Assembly: GCA_002269645.1 (NCBI GenBank) | Contig: NIVC01000416.1 | Coordinates: forward strand, 1 to 64,000 | Direction: 5' to 3' | DNA: 64,000 bases | Source: Macrostomum lignano | Lineage: Eukaryota | In this document: positions 43,001 through 55,824 of the stretch, piece by piece | Layout of the letters: every line of letters begins with the position of its first letter | Position numbering within the stretch: position 1 is the first letter of the stretch | Position numbers and translations under genes: made by a program | The notes under the pieces: generated by a model | What the model was told of the DNA's origin: nothing | What the model saw: the letters and a program-made list of their open reading frames with translations, nothing else | The model's database searches: none

Positions 43001-46000
43001 ATCAACTCCCACCTGTCACCCACCTCAGCATCATCAACTCCCACCTGTCACCCACCTCAGCATCATCAACTCCCACCTGTCACCCACCTCAGCATCATTA
43101 ACTCCCACCTGTCACCCACCTCAGCATCATCAACTCCCACCTGTCACCCACCTCAGCATCATTAACTCCCACCTGTCACCCACCTCAGCATCATCAACTC
43201 CCACCTGTCACCCACCTCAGCATCATTAACTCCCACCTGTCACCCACCTCAGCATCATCAACTCCCACCTGTCACCCACCTCAGCATCATCAACTCCCAT
43301 CTGTCACCCACCTCAGCATCCTCAACTCTTACCGGTCACCCACCTCAGCATCATCAACTCTTACCTGTCATCCACCTCAGCATCATCAACTCTCAACTGT
43401 CACCCACCTCAGCATCATCAACTCTCAACTGTCACCCACCTCAGAATCATTAACTCCTACCGGTCACCCACCTCAGCATCATCAACTCAGCCAACCAACT
43501 CAGCATCATCAACTCCCACCTGTCACCCACCTCAGCATTGTGTCAACTTTACGAGGTGAAACAGCCGATAAAGCGCCACAGGTACTCACTGTTTATTCTG
43601 TGCCAACAGGTACACAAACTTTGAGGCCATATCCAATCGCTCTGGATCTCCATGGTAACCAGTTATTCGGTCCAATTCGTTGCTGTCAGGCAAATTTTTC
43701 AGCAATTCCTTCAATTGATTGGCTGTCAGTTGATTGTCCGAATTCTCGTCCTGACTCCGGCTGCTTAGCAACCAGGCGACTGTGTGCTCTACTGGCTGAC
43801 GGAACTGACGCAACAGTATGCTCAGGCTGAGGCACTTGCGCTGGTCTAGCAAAGCGATCTGCGGGTTGAGAGTGGATGATGTCACTTTAATCCAACTCTA
43901 ATCCAACTCTAATCTAACTCTAATCCAACTTTAATCCAACTCTAATCTAACTCTAATCCAACTCTAATCCAACTCTAATCCAACTCTGATCCAACTCTAA
44001 TCCAGCTCTAATCTAACTCTAATCCAACTCTAATCCAACTCTAATCCAGCTCTAATCCAACTCTAATCCAACTCTAATCTAACTCTAATCCAGCTCTAAT
44101 CTAACTCTAATCCAACTCTGATCCAACTCTAATCCAGCTCTAATCTAACTCTAATCCAACTCTGATCCAACTCTAATCCAGCTCTAATCTAACTCTAATC
44201 CAACTCTGATCCAACTCTAATCTAACTCTAATCCAACTCTAATCCAACTCTGATCCAACTGTAATCCAACTGTAATCCAACTGTAATCCAACTCTAATCC
44301 AACTCTAATCCAACTCTAATCCAACTCTAACCCAACTCTAATCCAACTCTAATCCAACTCTAATCCAACTCTAATCCAGCTCTAATCCAATTCTAATCTA
44401 ACTCTAATCCAAATCTAATCCAACTCTAATCCAACTGTAATCCAACTTTAATCCAATTCTAATCTAACTCTAATCCAACTCTAATCCAACTCTAATCCAA
44501 CTCTAATCCAACTCTAATCCAACTCTAATCCAACTCTAATACAGCTCTACCTTATCGGTTTTAGAAAATTAACAAAAATCTGCAGCCCAGTAAAAAGTCA
44601 GATACGGAAAGCTTTGTTAACTTTTGACAGGCAATCATCCCTACCAGGTAAAATAGCGCAAATGTTGCGCTAAACGCAGCGAAACCAGAACCCAACCCAA
44701 ACTGCAGAATTGTAAAAGATGATTCATTCTGCGAGGCAAATACTCCTTCTTGTTAGGGGATCTGAACTATTCCCCCCCCCCTCCTGGTAAGGTGAGATTT
44801 TCTGACGTTTTCCCTCTGCCTATCGAACTACGTCTGACCCGAACTGCTGCACAACCTGCTGCAGTTCTGCACAACAAGAAAAGTTCTGTCTGCTTTGGGC
44901 AGCAAGATGAAACTATGATGGAAAACGTGGCGTTTCTTGTTCAGGCCAGAATTCAAGAAATACTCTATACCGCATAGTACACACATTGCTGCACCACAGA
45001 CCGGGTATGACAATTGCAGAGCAGATAAGATACAAAGTGACAGCAGATGAAGCCAATTAACACAACAGACACACAAAGATAAAAACCAATACACAGCAGA
45101 AATCAAAGATGACAAACACCGGTGCACAACAGAAGACACTGTACAAACACCGGTGCACAACAGAAGACACTGTACAAACACCGGTGCACAACAGAAGACA
45201 CTGTACAAACACCGGTGCACAACAGAAGACACTGTACAAACACCGGTGCACAACAGAAGACACTGTACAAACACCGGTGCACAACAGAAGACACTGTACA
45301 AACACCGGTGCACAACAGAAGACACTGTACAAACACCGGTGCACAACAGAAGACACTGTACAAACACCGGTGCACAACAGAAGACACTGTACAAACACCG
45401 GTGCACAACAGAAGACACTGTACAAACACCGGTGCACAACAGAAAACACTGTACAAACACCGGTGCATAACAGAAGACACTGTACAAACACCAGTGCATA
45501 ACAGAAGACACTGTACAAACACCGGTGCACAACAGAAGACACTGTACAAACACCGGTGCACAACAGAAAACACTGTACAAACACCGGTGCATAACAGAAG
45601 ACACTGTACAAACACCAGTGCATAACAGAAGACACTGTACAAACACCAGTGCACAACAGAAGACACTGTACAAACACCGGTGCATAACAGAAGACACTTC
45701 GTCTTGCAGCATAAGATCAAAATGCACCAAAAACCTGCCGGTACCTCTTGATTTCTGTCAGAACTTCTTCGCCGATGAAAATCAACTCCGCTGACGCCGC
45801 CATTCAGCCGCCTGCTGTCATTGGCCGCCTGACGGTCGACTGGCACGCTGAACAGCTCTTCCAACTGTTCGAAATCCACTTCAAGATTTTCGCCTAGCAG
45901 AGAAAACTGCTGCTGATGCTGGCGATGCTGATGCAGAGCCTGACTCCACACCGTCTGCTTGCCGCGGAGGCGACTGTGCGGCACAGCCGACCAAGCCAGC

Positions 46001-46375
46001 TTCTTCAGCTTCACCCGGGATGCCGCTGCGGAACTGCCGGGATGACCGACGGCTGCATCGCCAGATTGCGGCGGAGGCGGCGGCGGAGGCGGCGGAGGCG
46101 GAGGCGGAGGCGGTGGTGGAGGCGGAGGCGGCGTGGGCGGAGCTACCGAGTTTGGAGGTGGCATCTTTCTGCTGCTGCTGCTGCTGGCGGTTGGTGGCAC
46201 CTGCCGTTATCAAGTTGACTGCGTGGGAGGAACTGCCAGTAAGATCATGCGAAAGCACGCAAGCTGACTGACTGGAATTGAAAGTAGAAGCTTAAAGGCT
46301 TACAGTGTGGCTGTTTGTGCAACGAAGGAGGAGAGGAGAGAGAGAGAGGAGAGAATCAGAACCAGTAGACGCCAT
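37024..46375 (-). CDS. FH1-FH2 formin with long low-complexity C-terminal tail (inverted formin, FHDC1/INF1-like), 10 exons, ~1028 aa
   Basis: Exons 46375-46304 (tentative), 46200-45745, 43858-43590, 41324-41224, 41146-41076, 40563-40450, 40222-40149, 39420-39300, 39078-38877, 38630-37024; phases close (3087 nt). Poly-Pro FH1; FH2 motifs LKKLAW, FEQLEELF, LSILL, IGNYLNS, GFRLHSLTKLGDIK, LAEYFCE. Confidence 0.88.
37300..37575 (-). repeat. Coding 30-bp minisatellite, 9 x (GSKQTGSRPT) in the formin tail
   Basis: (ACCGGAAGCAAGCAAACCGGAAGTAGACCA)n, in frame within the last exon. Confidence 0.85.
39540..40020. repeat. 38-bp minisatellite, formin intron 7
   Basis: (GAGTCAGGGATGCCGAAATGAGTGTCATGGGGAGCAAT)n. 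Confidence 0.93.
41345..41675 (-). mobile_element. SINE family 1 copy with A/T-rich tail, formin intron 3
   Basis: Reverse complement of 7930-8222 (CCAGATGTGCAACCGACAGCTCAGCCGCAGCTATTG.., CCATTTTACAGC, AAGTGTCTTGCTCAA, TCGAACCCCC). Confidence 0.8.
42765..43540. repeat. 32-bp minisatellite, formin intron 3
   Basis: (CCACCTCAGCATCATCAACTCCCACCTGTCAC)n. Confidence 0.95.
43885..44545. repeat. 11-bp minisatellite, formin intron 2
   Basis: (AACTCTAATCC)n. Confidence 0.95.
45110..45700. repeat. 31-bp minisatellite, formin intron 2
   Basis: (ACAAACACCGGTGCACAACAGAAGACACTGT)n. Confidence 0.95.
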
Positions 46376-46724
46376 GACGGCCCAATCAGACCGCGTTTGC
46401 CTGGAAGAAGCAGACTCGACTGGCATGCAATGCAACTTTCAGCTTGCCGTCTATTGTATCGCTGAAGCAAGCGTTTCTTTGTGCGATTTTTTCCCGACAA
46501 GATATCTGCTTCTTATCAATTATCATTTTCTACTTGATACATTGTACACGCTGGTATTGTTTGACGCCATCAATTTCTGGAGAGACTATAAAAGTTTGCC
46601 TTTTTTCTGTTGCTGTCTGCTAAATGCTTTCGAGACCAGCTTGGAAATTGTGTGATTCCTGGGTGGTTCCCACACGGATGCCAAATTCCTAATCCACATC
46701 TGCTAATTCTTATTTCTCAAATGT

Positions 46725-47500
46725 CAAATCCCGGTCTTTTAATCCCGGTCTTTTAATCCCAGTCTTTTAATCCCGGTCTTTTAATCCCGGTCTTTTAATC
46801 CCGGTCTTTTAATCCTGGTCTTTTAATCCTGATCTTTTAATCCCGGTCTTTTAATCCTGGTCTTTTAATCCTGGTCTTTAAATCCCAGTCTTTTAATCCC
46901 GGTCCTTTAATCCTGGTCTATTAATCCCGGTCTTTTAATCCCGGTCTTTTAATCCTGGTCTTTTAATCCCGGTCTTTTAATCCCGGTCTTTTAATCCCGG
47001 TCTTTTAATCCTGGTCTTTTAATCCTGATCTTTTAATCCCGGTCTTTTAATCCCGGTCTTTTAATCCTGGTCTTTTATTCCCGGTCTTTAAATCCCGGTC
47101 TTTTAATCCTGGTCTTTTAATCCCGGTCTTTTAATCCCGGTCTTTATATCCTGGTCTTTTAATCCTGGTCTTTTAATCCCGGTCTTTAAATCCCGGTCTT
47201 TAATCCTGGTCTTTAAATCCCGGTCTTTTAATCCTGGTCTTTTAATCCCGGTCTTTTAATCCTGGTCTTTAAATCCCGGTCTTTTAATCCCGGTCTTTAA
47301 ATCCCGGTCTTTAATCCTGGTCTTTAAATCCCGGTCTTTTAATCCTGATCTTTTAATCCCGGTCTTTTAATCCTGGTCTTTTAATCCAGGTCTTTTAATG
47401 CTGGTCTTTTAATCCCGGTCTTTTAATCCTGGTCTTTTAATCCCGGTCTTTTAATCCTGGTCTTTTAATCCCGGTCTTTAAATCCCGATCTTTTAATCTC
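46725..47500. repeat. 14-bp minisatellite
   Basis: (CTTTTAATCCCGGT)n. Confidence 0.95.
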
Positions 47501-48034
47501 AGTCTTCGAATCTGGGTCATTTGATCCAGAACTTCGAAGCCTCCCAGTCTTTACATTCGAGTTTTTGATATTTCTAAGTACCGAAAAAGAATTTTATCAA
47601 CCAACAGCACACGGGAACTAGGCAAAAAGCGTGTATATACAAACTTTTTTAGAAAACAAGATTACTAATCATATTTTGACTGCTACATGTAAGTTTGACT
47701 AGCCTTTAGTAGATGTTTAGCTCGCACACTGTAAAATATATTTAGCTAACAGCTTCTGTTTGTTGAATTATACGTCGTAGATGAAATTTGAAGCCGTCAG
47801 AAATGCTGTGAGAAAATCTGCCTTTTTGGTTTCCTATATTTTAGCTAGATCTACCACATTGACAATAGGCTAGGCTAGTACGAGAGTTTCTAGCTAAGAC
47901 TTTTTACTGCCTGTTATAACTTCAGACTTACAAGTCAACTATACTGTAACACATTGCACGCTCGCCACACGCCCAAATGCTCCATAGTGAGGTGACTCAG
48001 CCAGTTGAAATTCTTTTAGAAAGTCCTGCCAATG

Positions 48035-48095
48035 ACCCGTGAAGGCATCTGACTTTCCGGCCGCGGTCCCTGGTTCGATTCCCCGTGCGCGGTCA
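48035..48095 (+). other. tRNA-like / SINE-head remnant abutting the 25-bp array
   Basis: B box GGTTCGATTCCCC preceded by CTGACTTTCCGGCC; no convincing acceptor stem or A box. Confidence 0.35.
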
Positions 48096-48104
48096 CATTC
48101 ATCA

Positions 48105-49170
48105 TGCATCGGGGAATAATCGCGCCAGATACATCGGGGGAATAATGGCGCCAGATACATCGGGGAATAATCGCGCCAGATACATCGGGGGAATAATGGC
48201 GCCAGATACATCAGGGAATAATGGCGCCAGATACATCGGGGGAATAATGGCGCCAGATACATCGGGGAATAATGGCGCCAGATACATCGGGGGAATAATG
48301 GCGCCAGATACATCGGGGAATAATGGCGCCAGATATATCGGGGAATAATGGCGCCAGATACATCGGGGGAATAATGGCGCCAGATACATCGGGGGAATAG
48401 TGGCGCCAGAAACGTCAGGGAATAATGGCGCCAGAAACGTCAGGGAATAATGGCGCCAGAAACGTCAGGGAATAATGGCGCCAGATACATCGGGGGAATA
48501 ATGGCGCCAGAAACGTCAGGGAATAATGGCGCCAGAAACGTCAGGGAATAATGGCGCCAGAAACGTCAGGGAATAATGGCGCCAGAAACGTCAGGGAATA
48601 ATGGCGCCAGAAACGTCAGGGAATAATGGCGCCAGATACATCGGGGAATAATGGCGCCAGATACATCGGTGGAATAATGGCGCCAGAAACGTCAGGAAAT
48701 AATGGCGCCAGAAGCGTCAGGGAATAATGGCGCCAGAAACGTCAGGGAATGATGGCGCCAGAAACGTCAGGGAATAATGGCGCCAGAAACGCCAGGGAAT
48801 AATGGCGCCAGATACATCGGGGGGATAGTGGCGCCAGAAACGTCAGGGAATAATGGCGCCAGATACATCGGGGGAATAGTGGCGCCAGAAACGTCAGGAA
48901 ATAATGGCGCCAGAAACGTCAGGGAATAATGGCGCCAGATACATCGGGAGAATAGTGGCGCCAGAAACGTCAGGGAATAATGGCGCCAGAAACGTCAGGG
49001 AATAATGGCGCCAGAAACGTCAGGGAATAGTGGCGCCAGATACATCGGGGGAATAGTGGCGCCAGAAACGTCAGGGAATAGTGGCGCCAGAAACGTCAGG
49101 GAATAATGGCGCCAGAAGCGTCAGGGAATAATGGCGCCAGAAACGTTAGGGAATAATGGCGCCAGAAAAA
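48105..49170. repeat. 25/26-bp minisatellite
   Basis: (GGAATAATGGCGCCAGAAACGTCAG / ...GATACATCGG[G])n. Confidence 0.95.
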
Positions 49171-49929
49171 ACGCATAAAAGAGGTCCCAACTGTAAAAAT
49201 TTTATTTGCAGGTACTTTCGAAGACAGCCGAATTCCTAAAATGTTGCTACTAAATCTCTCAGCTAAGTACGAAACGGTTGAGAGAAAACAGGCAGTCACT
49301 AGCGGTGACCCCACTTGACCTCATTGAGCTTTACTCGCCTCAGTCTCTGCCCTACGAATGCCTCATTAGAACAAATCATTTGTTTAACCGTTTATTAGCG
49401 ACGAAGGCGGTCGCATCGTGTTCACTATTTGCTAGTCAGAAAGCAGCCAGTAATTATATAGCAATCTTGCAGGATAACTATAATCTATATAGTAAACTAG
49501 CATACGGTATGGTAAACATATTCCTATAGAAGAAGAAAAACACGGTAGACCCACTCTATTGAAGAAGAATTTTTTTCGCCAAGTGTTTCAACGAGTTTGC
49601 CTCTCTCTCTCTCTCTCTGTGTGTGTGTTTGTGTAATAAAATGGAAAATTCGAGTAAACAGCAGCTGCAGCATTAAGATGTCGCTCAACGTTATTGACAC
49701 GCAAGCGTGAAGAGGTGCTGCTATGTTACGCAATCATTCTCTGCAAGCTTTTCGTATTTCGATTTGGGTATGGGCGCTTTTAGCCTGCTCAACTGCTTCT
49801 GAATGCTTGAGTAGTTTTCTGGGTCGCTTGTTATTCACTGATTCTTCTCTTGCATGAAACTCGTAATTTTAAAGAAACCTTGAAATTTTTTTCCATAGAT
49901 TGAATAAATTCTAACATTAAGCAGTGCAA

Positions 49930-52150
49930 CTGGCTTCTAATGAGTTGGATTCTTCATTAGTGAGGCCGGTTTCTAATGAGTTGGATTCTTGATTAGTCAT
50001 TAGTGAGGCCGGTTTCTAACGAGTTGGATTCTTGATTAGTCATTAGTGAGGCCGGTTTCTAACGAGTTGGATTCTTGATTAGTCATTAGTGAGGCCGGTT
50101 TCTAATGAGTTGGAATCCTTATTAGTGAGGCTGGTTCCTAATGAGTTGGAATCCTTATTAATGAGGCCGGTTTCTAATGAGTTGGAATCCTTATTAGTGA
50201 GGCCGGTTTCTAATGAGTTAAATTCTTCATTAGTGAGGCCGGTTTCTAATGAGTTGGATTCTTGATTAGTCATTAGTGAGGCCGGTTTCTAACGAGTTGG
50301 ATTCTTGATTAGTCATTAGTGAGGCCGGTTTCTAACGAGTTGGATTCTTGATTAGTCATTAGTGAGGCCGGTTTCTAATGAGTTGGAATCCTTATTAGTG
50401 AGGCTGGTTCCTAATGAGTTGGAATCCTTATTAATGAGGCCGGTTTCTAATGAGTTGGAATCCTTATTAGTGAGGCCGGTTTCTAATGAGTTAAATTCTT
50501 CATTAGTGAGGCCGGTTTCTAATGAGTTAAATTCTTCATTAGTGAGGCCGGTTTCTAATGAGTTGGATTCTTCATTAGTCATTAGTGAGGCCGGTTTCTA
50601 ATGAGTTGGAATCCTTATTAGTGAGGCCGGTTTCTAATGAGTTGGAATCCTTATTAGTGAGGCCGGTTTCTAATGAGTTGGAATCCTTATTAGTGAGGCC
50701 GGTTTCTAATGAGTTGGATTCTTCATTAGTGAAGCCGGTTTCTAATGAGTTGGATTCTTCATTAGTGAGGCCGGTTTCTAATGAGTTGGATTCTTGATTA
50801 GTGAGGCCCTTTTCTAATGAGTTGGATTCTTCATTAGTGAGGCCGATTCCTAATGAGTTGGATTCTTGATTAGTGAGGCCGATTCCTAATAAGTTGGATT
50901 CTTGATTAGTGAGGCCAATTCCTAATGAGTTGGAATCCTTATTAGTGAGGCCGGTTTCTAATGAGTTGGAATCCTTATTAGTGAGGCCGGTTTCTAATGA
51001 GTTGGATTCTTCATTACTGAGGCCAGTTTCTAATGAGTTGGATTCTTCATTAGTGAGGCCGGTTTCAAATGAGTTGGATTCTTCATTAGTGAGGCCGGTT
51101 TCTAATGAGTTGGATTCTTCATTAGTGAGGCCGGTTTCTAATGAGTTGGATTCTTGATTAGTGAGGCCGATTTCTAATGAGTTGGATTCTTCATTAGTCA
51201 TTAGCGAGGCCGGTTTCTAATGAGTTGGATTCTTTATTAGTGAGGCCGGTTTCTAATGAGTTAAATTCTTCATTAGTGAGGCCGGTTTCTAATGAGTTGG
51301 ATTCTTCATTAGTGAGGCCGGTTTCTAATGAGTTAAATTCTTCATTAGTGAGGCCGGTTTCTAATGAGTTAAATTCTTCATTAGTGAGGCCGGTTTCTAA
51401 TGAGTTGGATTCTTCATTATTTATTAGTGAGGCCGGTTTCTAGTGAGTTAGAATCAGTATTAGTGAGGCCGGTTTCTAATGAGTTGGATTCTTCATTATT
51501 CATTAGTGAGGCCGGTTTCTAGTGAGTTGGATTCTTCATTATTCATTAGTGAGGCCGGTTTCTAGTGAGTTGGAATCATTATTAGTGAGGCCGGTTTCTA
51601 ATGAGTTGGATTCTTCATTAGTGAGGCCGGTTTCTAATGAGTTGGAATCCTTATTAGTGAGGCCGGTTTCTAATGAGTTGGATTCTTCATTATTCATTAG
51701 TGAGGCCGGTTTCTAGTGAGTTGGAATCATTATTAGTGAGGCCGGTTTCTAATGAGTTGGATTCTTCATTAGTGAGGCCGGTTTCTAACGAGTTGGATTC
51801 TTGATTAGTCATTAGTGAGGCCGGTTTCTAACGAGTTGGATTCTTGATTAGTCATTAGTGAGGCCGGTTTCTAATGAGTTGGAATCCTTATTAGTGAGGC
51901 CGGTTTCTAATGAGTTGGAATCCTTATTAGTGAGGCCGGTTTCTAATGAGTTGGAATCCTTATTAGTGAGGCCGGTTTCTAATGAGTTGGAATCCTTATT
52001 AGTGAGGCCGGTTTCTAGTGAGTTGGATTCTTCATTAGTGAAGCCGGTTTCTAATGAGTTGGATTCTTCATTAGTGAGGCCGGTTTCTAATGAGTTGGAT
52101 TCTTGATTAGTGAGGCCCTTTTCTAATGAGTTGGATTCGTTAGTTTGGAT
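49930..52150. repeat. 36-bp minisatellite (2.2 kb)
   Basis: (TTAGTGAGGCCGGTTTCTAATGAGTTGGATTCTTCA)n with 43-bp variants. Confidence 0.95.
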
Positions 52151-52654
52151 TCTAACGAGTTTAATTCTTACTCAGGAGCTTCACATTTTACATATCGATA
52201 CACATATACGTCATGCATTTCATACACGCTACTGTTAACAGTAGGGGATTTAGAATATAAATTCAACCTCTACAACAAATAACTACCCATATTTTGTCGC
52301 TTGTGTTTTTAATAATCATAAATTTCAGCATTTGAAGCTCAACTGATTTACAAAACTGAATTTGTTGTAACTTTTTTACAGCCACTTGCAGCCGAAAATG
52401 TAAGAAATTTTAGTGCTTAAGGGTACAGTAGAGAGTGCAGACTATAGTAAACATCTATTTTTAGCATGGGAAATGTTGCCAACAAAGCTAACGAAGTTGC
52501 CAACAAAGCTATATAATCTGTGTGTATATGAAATCACATCCTGGAGAAAGAATTATGATAAAAGTACACAGCTGTATACGAATGCTGGTTCAAAAATGAG
52601 TTTACAATGCATGGCACATGTAAACCATCCATGAAATAACAATTGAGAATCGCC

Positions 52655-53245
52655 CAGCTTAAACCATCTATGAGAGTCGCTCTTAAACCATCTATGAGAG
52701 TCGCCCTTCAACCATCTATGAGAGTCGCTCTTAAACCATCTATGAGAGTCGCTCTTAAACCATCTATGAGAGTCGCTCTTAAACCATCTATGAGAGTCGC
52801 TCTTAAACCATCTATGAGAGTCGCTCTTAAACCATCTATGAGAGTCGCTCTTAAACCATCTATGAGAGTCGCCCTTCAACCATCTATGAGAGTCGCTCTT
52901 AAACCATCTATGAGAGTCGCTCTTAAACCATCTATGAGAGTCGCTCTTAAACCATCTATGAGAGTCGCTCTTAAACCATCTATGAGAGTCGCTCTTAAAC
53001 CATCTATGAGAATCGCTCTTAAACCATCTATGAGAGTCGCTCTTAAACCATCTATGAGAGTCGCTCTTAAACCATCTATGAGAATCGCTCTTAAACCATC
53101 TATGAGAGTCGCTCTTAAACCATCTATGAGAGTCGCTCTTAAACCATCTATGAGAGTCGCTCTTAAACCATCTATGAGAGTCGCTCTTAAACCATCTATG
53201 AGAGTCGCTCTTAAACCATCTATGAGAGTCGCTCTTAAACCATCT
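52655..53245. repeat. 24-bp minisatellite
   Basis: (AAACCATCTATGAGAGTCGCTCTT)n, very homogeneous. Confidence 0.95.
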
Positions 53246-53452
53246 GAGATCGTCCTTAGACCCTAAAGTCCATCCAGTTTTGAGACTACCAGAAATCCTA
53301 TAGAATATGGACTGCTTTTTAGGGCCCTGCCCCGATCCCTAGAGATTCTGGGGCGTGCAATGAATTATAAATCCATAATGAAAATTTCGTCCCCTGTATT
53401 CTCTTTTCTTTTTCTTTGCACAAAAATCATAAAGTTGGTAATAAGATTTGCC

Positions 53453-53760
53453 CAGGGGCGTAGCCAGGAATTTTGATTGGGGGGGGGGGCGGGGCCGTGA
53501 GTTAGGGGGCGCCAGCTTCTTAGGGGGGGCGCCAGTTTCTTTTGGGGGGGGCGCCAGTTTCTTATAGGGGGGGGGGGCGCCAGTTTCTTTTAGGGGGGGG
53601 GGCGCCAGTTTCTTATAGGGGCGCCAATTTCTTTTAGGGGGGGGGGCGCCAGTTTCTTATAGGGGGGGCACCAGTTTCTTATAGGTGGGGGGCGCTAAGG
53701 CCAGAGTTGGTGATTGGGGGGGGCCACGGCCCCCTTGCCCCCCCTCTGGCTACGCCCCTG
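53453..53760. mobile_element. hAT MITE with internal G-rich repeats
   Basis: TIR CAGGGGCGTAGCCAG/CTGGCTACGCCCCTG; perfect 8-bp TSD GATTTGCC; internal (GGGGGGCGCCAGTTTCTT)n. Confidence 0.92.
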
Positions 53761-54054
53761 GATTTGCCCAAATTCTGGACCGTTAACTAATACGATTTTG
53801 TACTTTAATAATAGTACGAGCGTATGAATGAATGTATGCCCTAAATGGCAAATTGCTGGTATGTTATATGATTTGCTGGCTATATGGTGTACATAAGAAC
53901 TTTAGAATTGTATTTACATGTATGGGATGCGCCCTTTAAAAAAGATCATCGAAATGAAATCGGCCCTCAAATAAACCATTTCACAATAGAATCAGCCTTC
54001 AAATAGACCATTCACAATGGAATCGACCTTCAAATGAAGACACCCATATTAGAA

Positions 54055-54920
54055 TCAGCCTTTAGATAGACCCCCACAGTATAATCGGCCTTCAAATAGA
54101 CCCCCACAGTATAATCGGCCTTCAAATAGACCCCCCACAGTATAATCGGCCTTAAAATAGACCCCCCACAGTATAATCGGCCTCCAAATAGACCCCCACA
54201 GTATAATCGGCCTTCAAATAGACCCCCCACAGTATAATCGGCCTTCAAATAGACCCCCCACAGTATAATCGGCCTCCAAATAGACCCCCCACAGTATAAT
54301 CGGCCTTCAAATAGACCTCCCACAGTATAATCGGCCTTCAAATAGACCCCCCACAGTATAATCGGCCTTCAAATAGACCTCCCACAGTATAATCGGCCTT
54401 CAAATAGACCCCCACAGTATAATCGGCCTTCAAATAGACCCCCACAGTATAATCGGCCTTCAAATAGACCCCCACAGTATAATCGGCCTTCAAATAGACC
54501 CCCACAGTATAATCGGCCTTCAAATAGACCCCCCACAGTATAATCGGCCTTCAAATAGACCCCCACAGTATAATCGGCCTTCAAATAGACCCCCACAGTA
54601 TAATCGGCCTTCAAATAGACCCCCACAGTATAATCGGCCTTCAAATAGACCCCCACAGTATAATCGGCCTTCAAATAGACCCCCACAGTATAATCGGCCT
54701 TCAAATAGACCCCCACAGTATAATCGGCCTTCAAATAGACCCCCACAGTATAATCGGCCTTCAAATAGACCCCCCACAGTATAATCGGCCTTCAAATAGA
54801 CCCCCCACAGTATAATCGGCCTTCAAATAGACCCCCACAGTATAATCGGCCTTCAAATAGACCCCCCACAGTATAATCGGCCTTCAAATAGACCCCCACA
54901 GTATAATCGGCCTTCAAATA
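54055..54920. repeat. 30/31-bp minisatellite
   Basis: (CAGTATAATCGGCCTTCAAATAGACCCCC[C]A)n. Confidence 0.95.
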
Positions 54921-55824
54921 GACAAATTTTACAAAATTGTAAAAACAAAGACAGTTAACAATCGGCATATTTCGCAATCACTCTGTCTCACTGAGCACGA
55001 ATAGATTCGTCAGTGTTAGAAAAACAATTAAAACTTATGACTGTTAAGCGAGTAAATATTCGGGGTATATTTTTGCGGCGAGTGCTTATATTTTCATTAA
55101 TTGATTGTTATTGTCAAACAATTAGCGCGTTTTATAACTGAGGCGGGGAGTGGGGGCAACAGAGACTGTGATGACATGCGGTGCATTAATTAGTAAAACA
55201 AAAAATCTGCCTTTTAATAATATACACTCGTATATTAAGTCTGGAGTAACACGCGAAAAGTAATAAACTTATACTTTTTACTAATTAGTTAGGTCAAGTT
55301 ATGGTGACAGTGCCAATTAAATCTGAAAGCGTTGATAACAGAAAAAGAAAATAATAACAATAATTAGGAATAATTTATACTAAATAAGTTTCAAGCACAG
55401 ACTACATTTTCTATTAAATTGAAATATAGGTGAGCGCAAAAGAATATAATAACTCACAACTACAATATTTATGCTGTATATTTTAATTTTAGCAATAAAA
55501 AACACGAATTGGGAGATATTTAACTTAGGTAAGATACACAATGAGGCATTGGTATATTACTCGTACAAATATATGCTGATATATAGTTAATTTAGAACCA
55601 TGCAGCAAAAAACAACAATAAAATATTGGTAACCCACCCCAGATATTTGAGATATTTTTATTAAAAACAAAAATGATTCCAGGAATCGCTGACTCCAGCT
55701 CGGGCCACGTACGTGGTCCAATCTAGCGGATGAATAATCCGGATTTTTTTAAATTAAATTATTATCCGCCAAACAAGTCAACTGGCTAAACTGTTTCACA
55801 GACGCTTAATAATTTTAATTTCAT

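Noticed and set aside
44828-45730. Long Cys-rich ORFs (CLLLCTGVCTVSSVVHR...) resembling metallothionein or keratin-associated proteins
   Set aside because: Translations of a 31-bp intronic array (period not a multiple of three, open in several frames) inside formin intron 2.
48105-49170. CRISPR-like appearance of regularly spaced repeats, here and in other arrays
   Set aside because: No unique spacers, no cas genes, eukaryotic context.
49930-54980. Repeat-protein ORFs (TNEESNSLETG, KPSMRVAL, KADYTVGVYL)
   Set aside because: Open on both strands, no ATG context or splice support; they are minisatellite translations.
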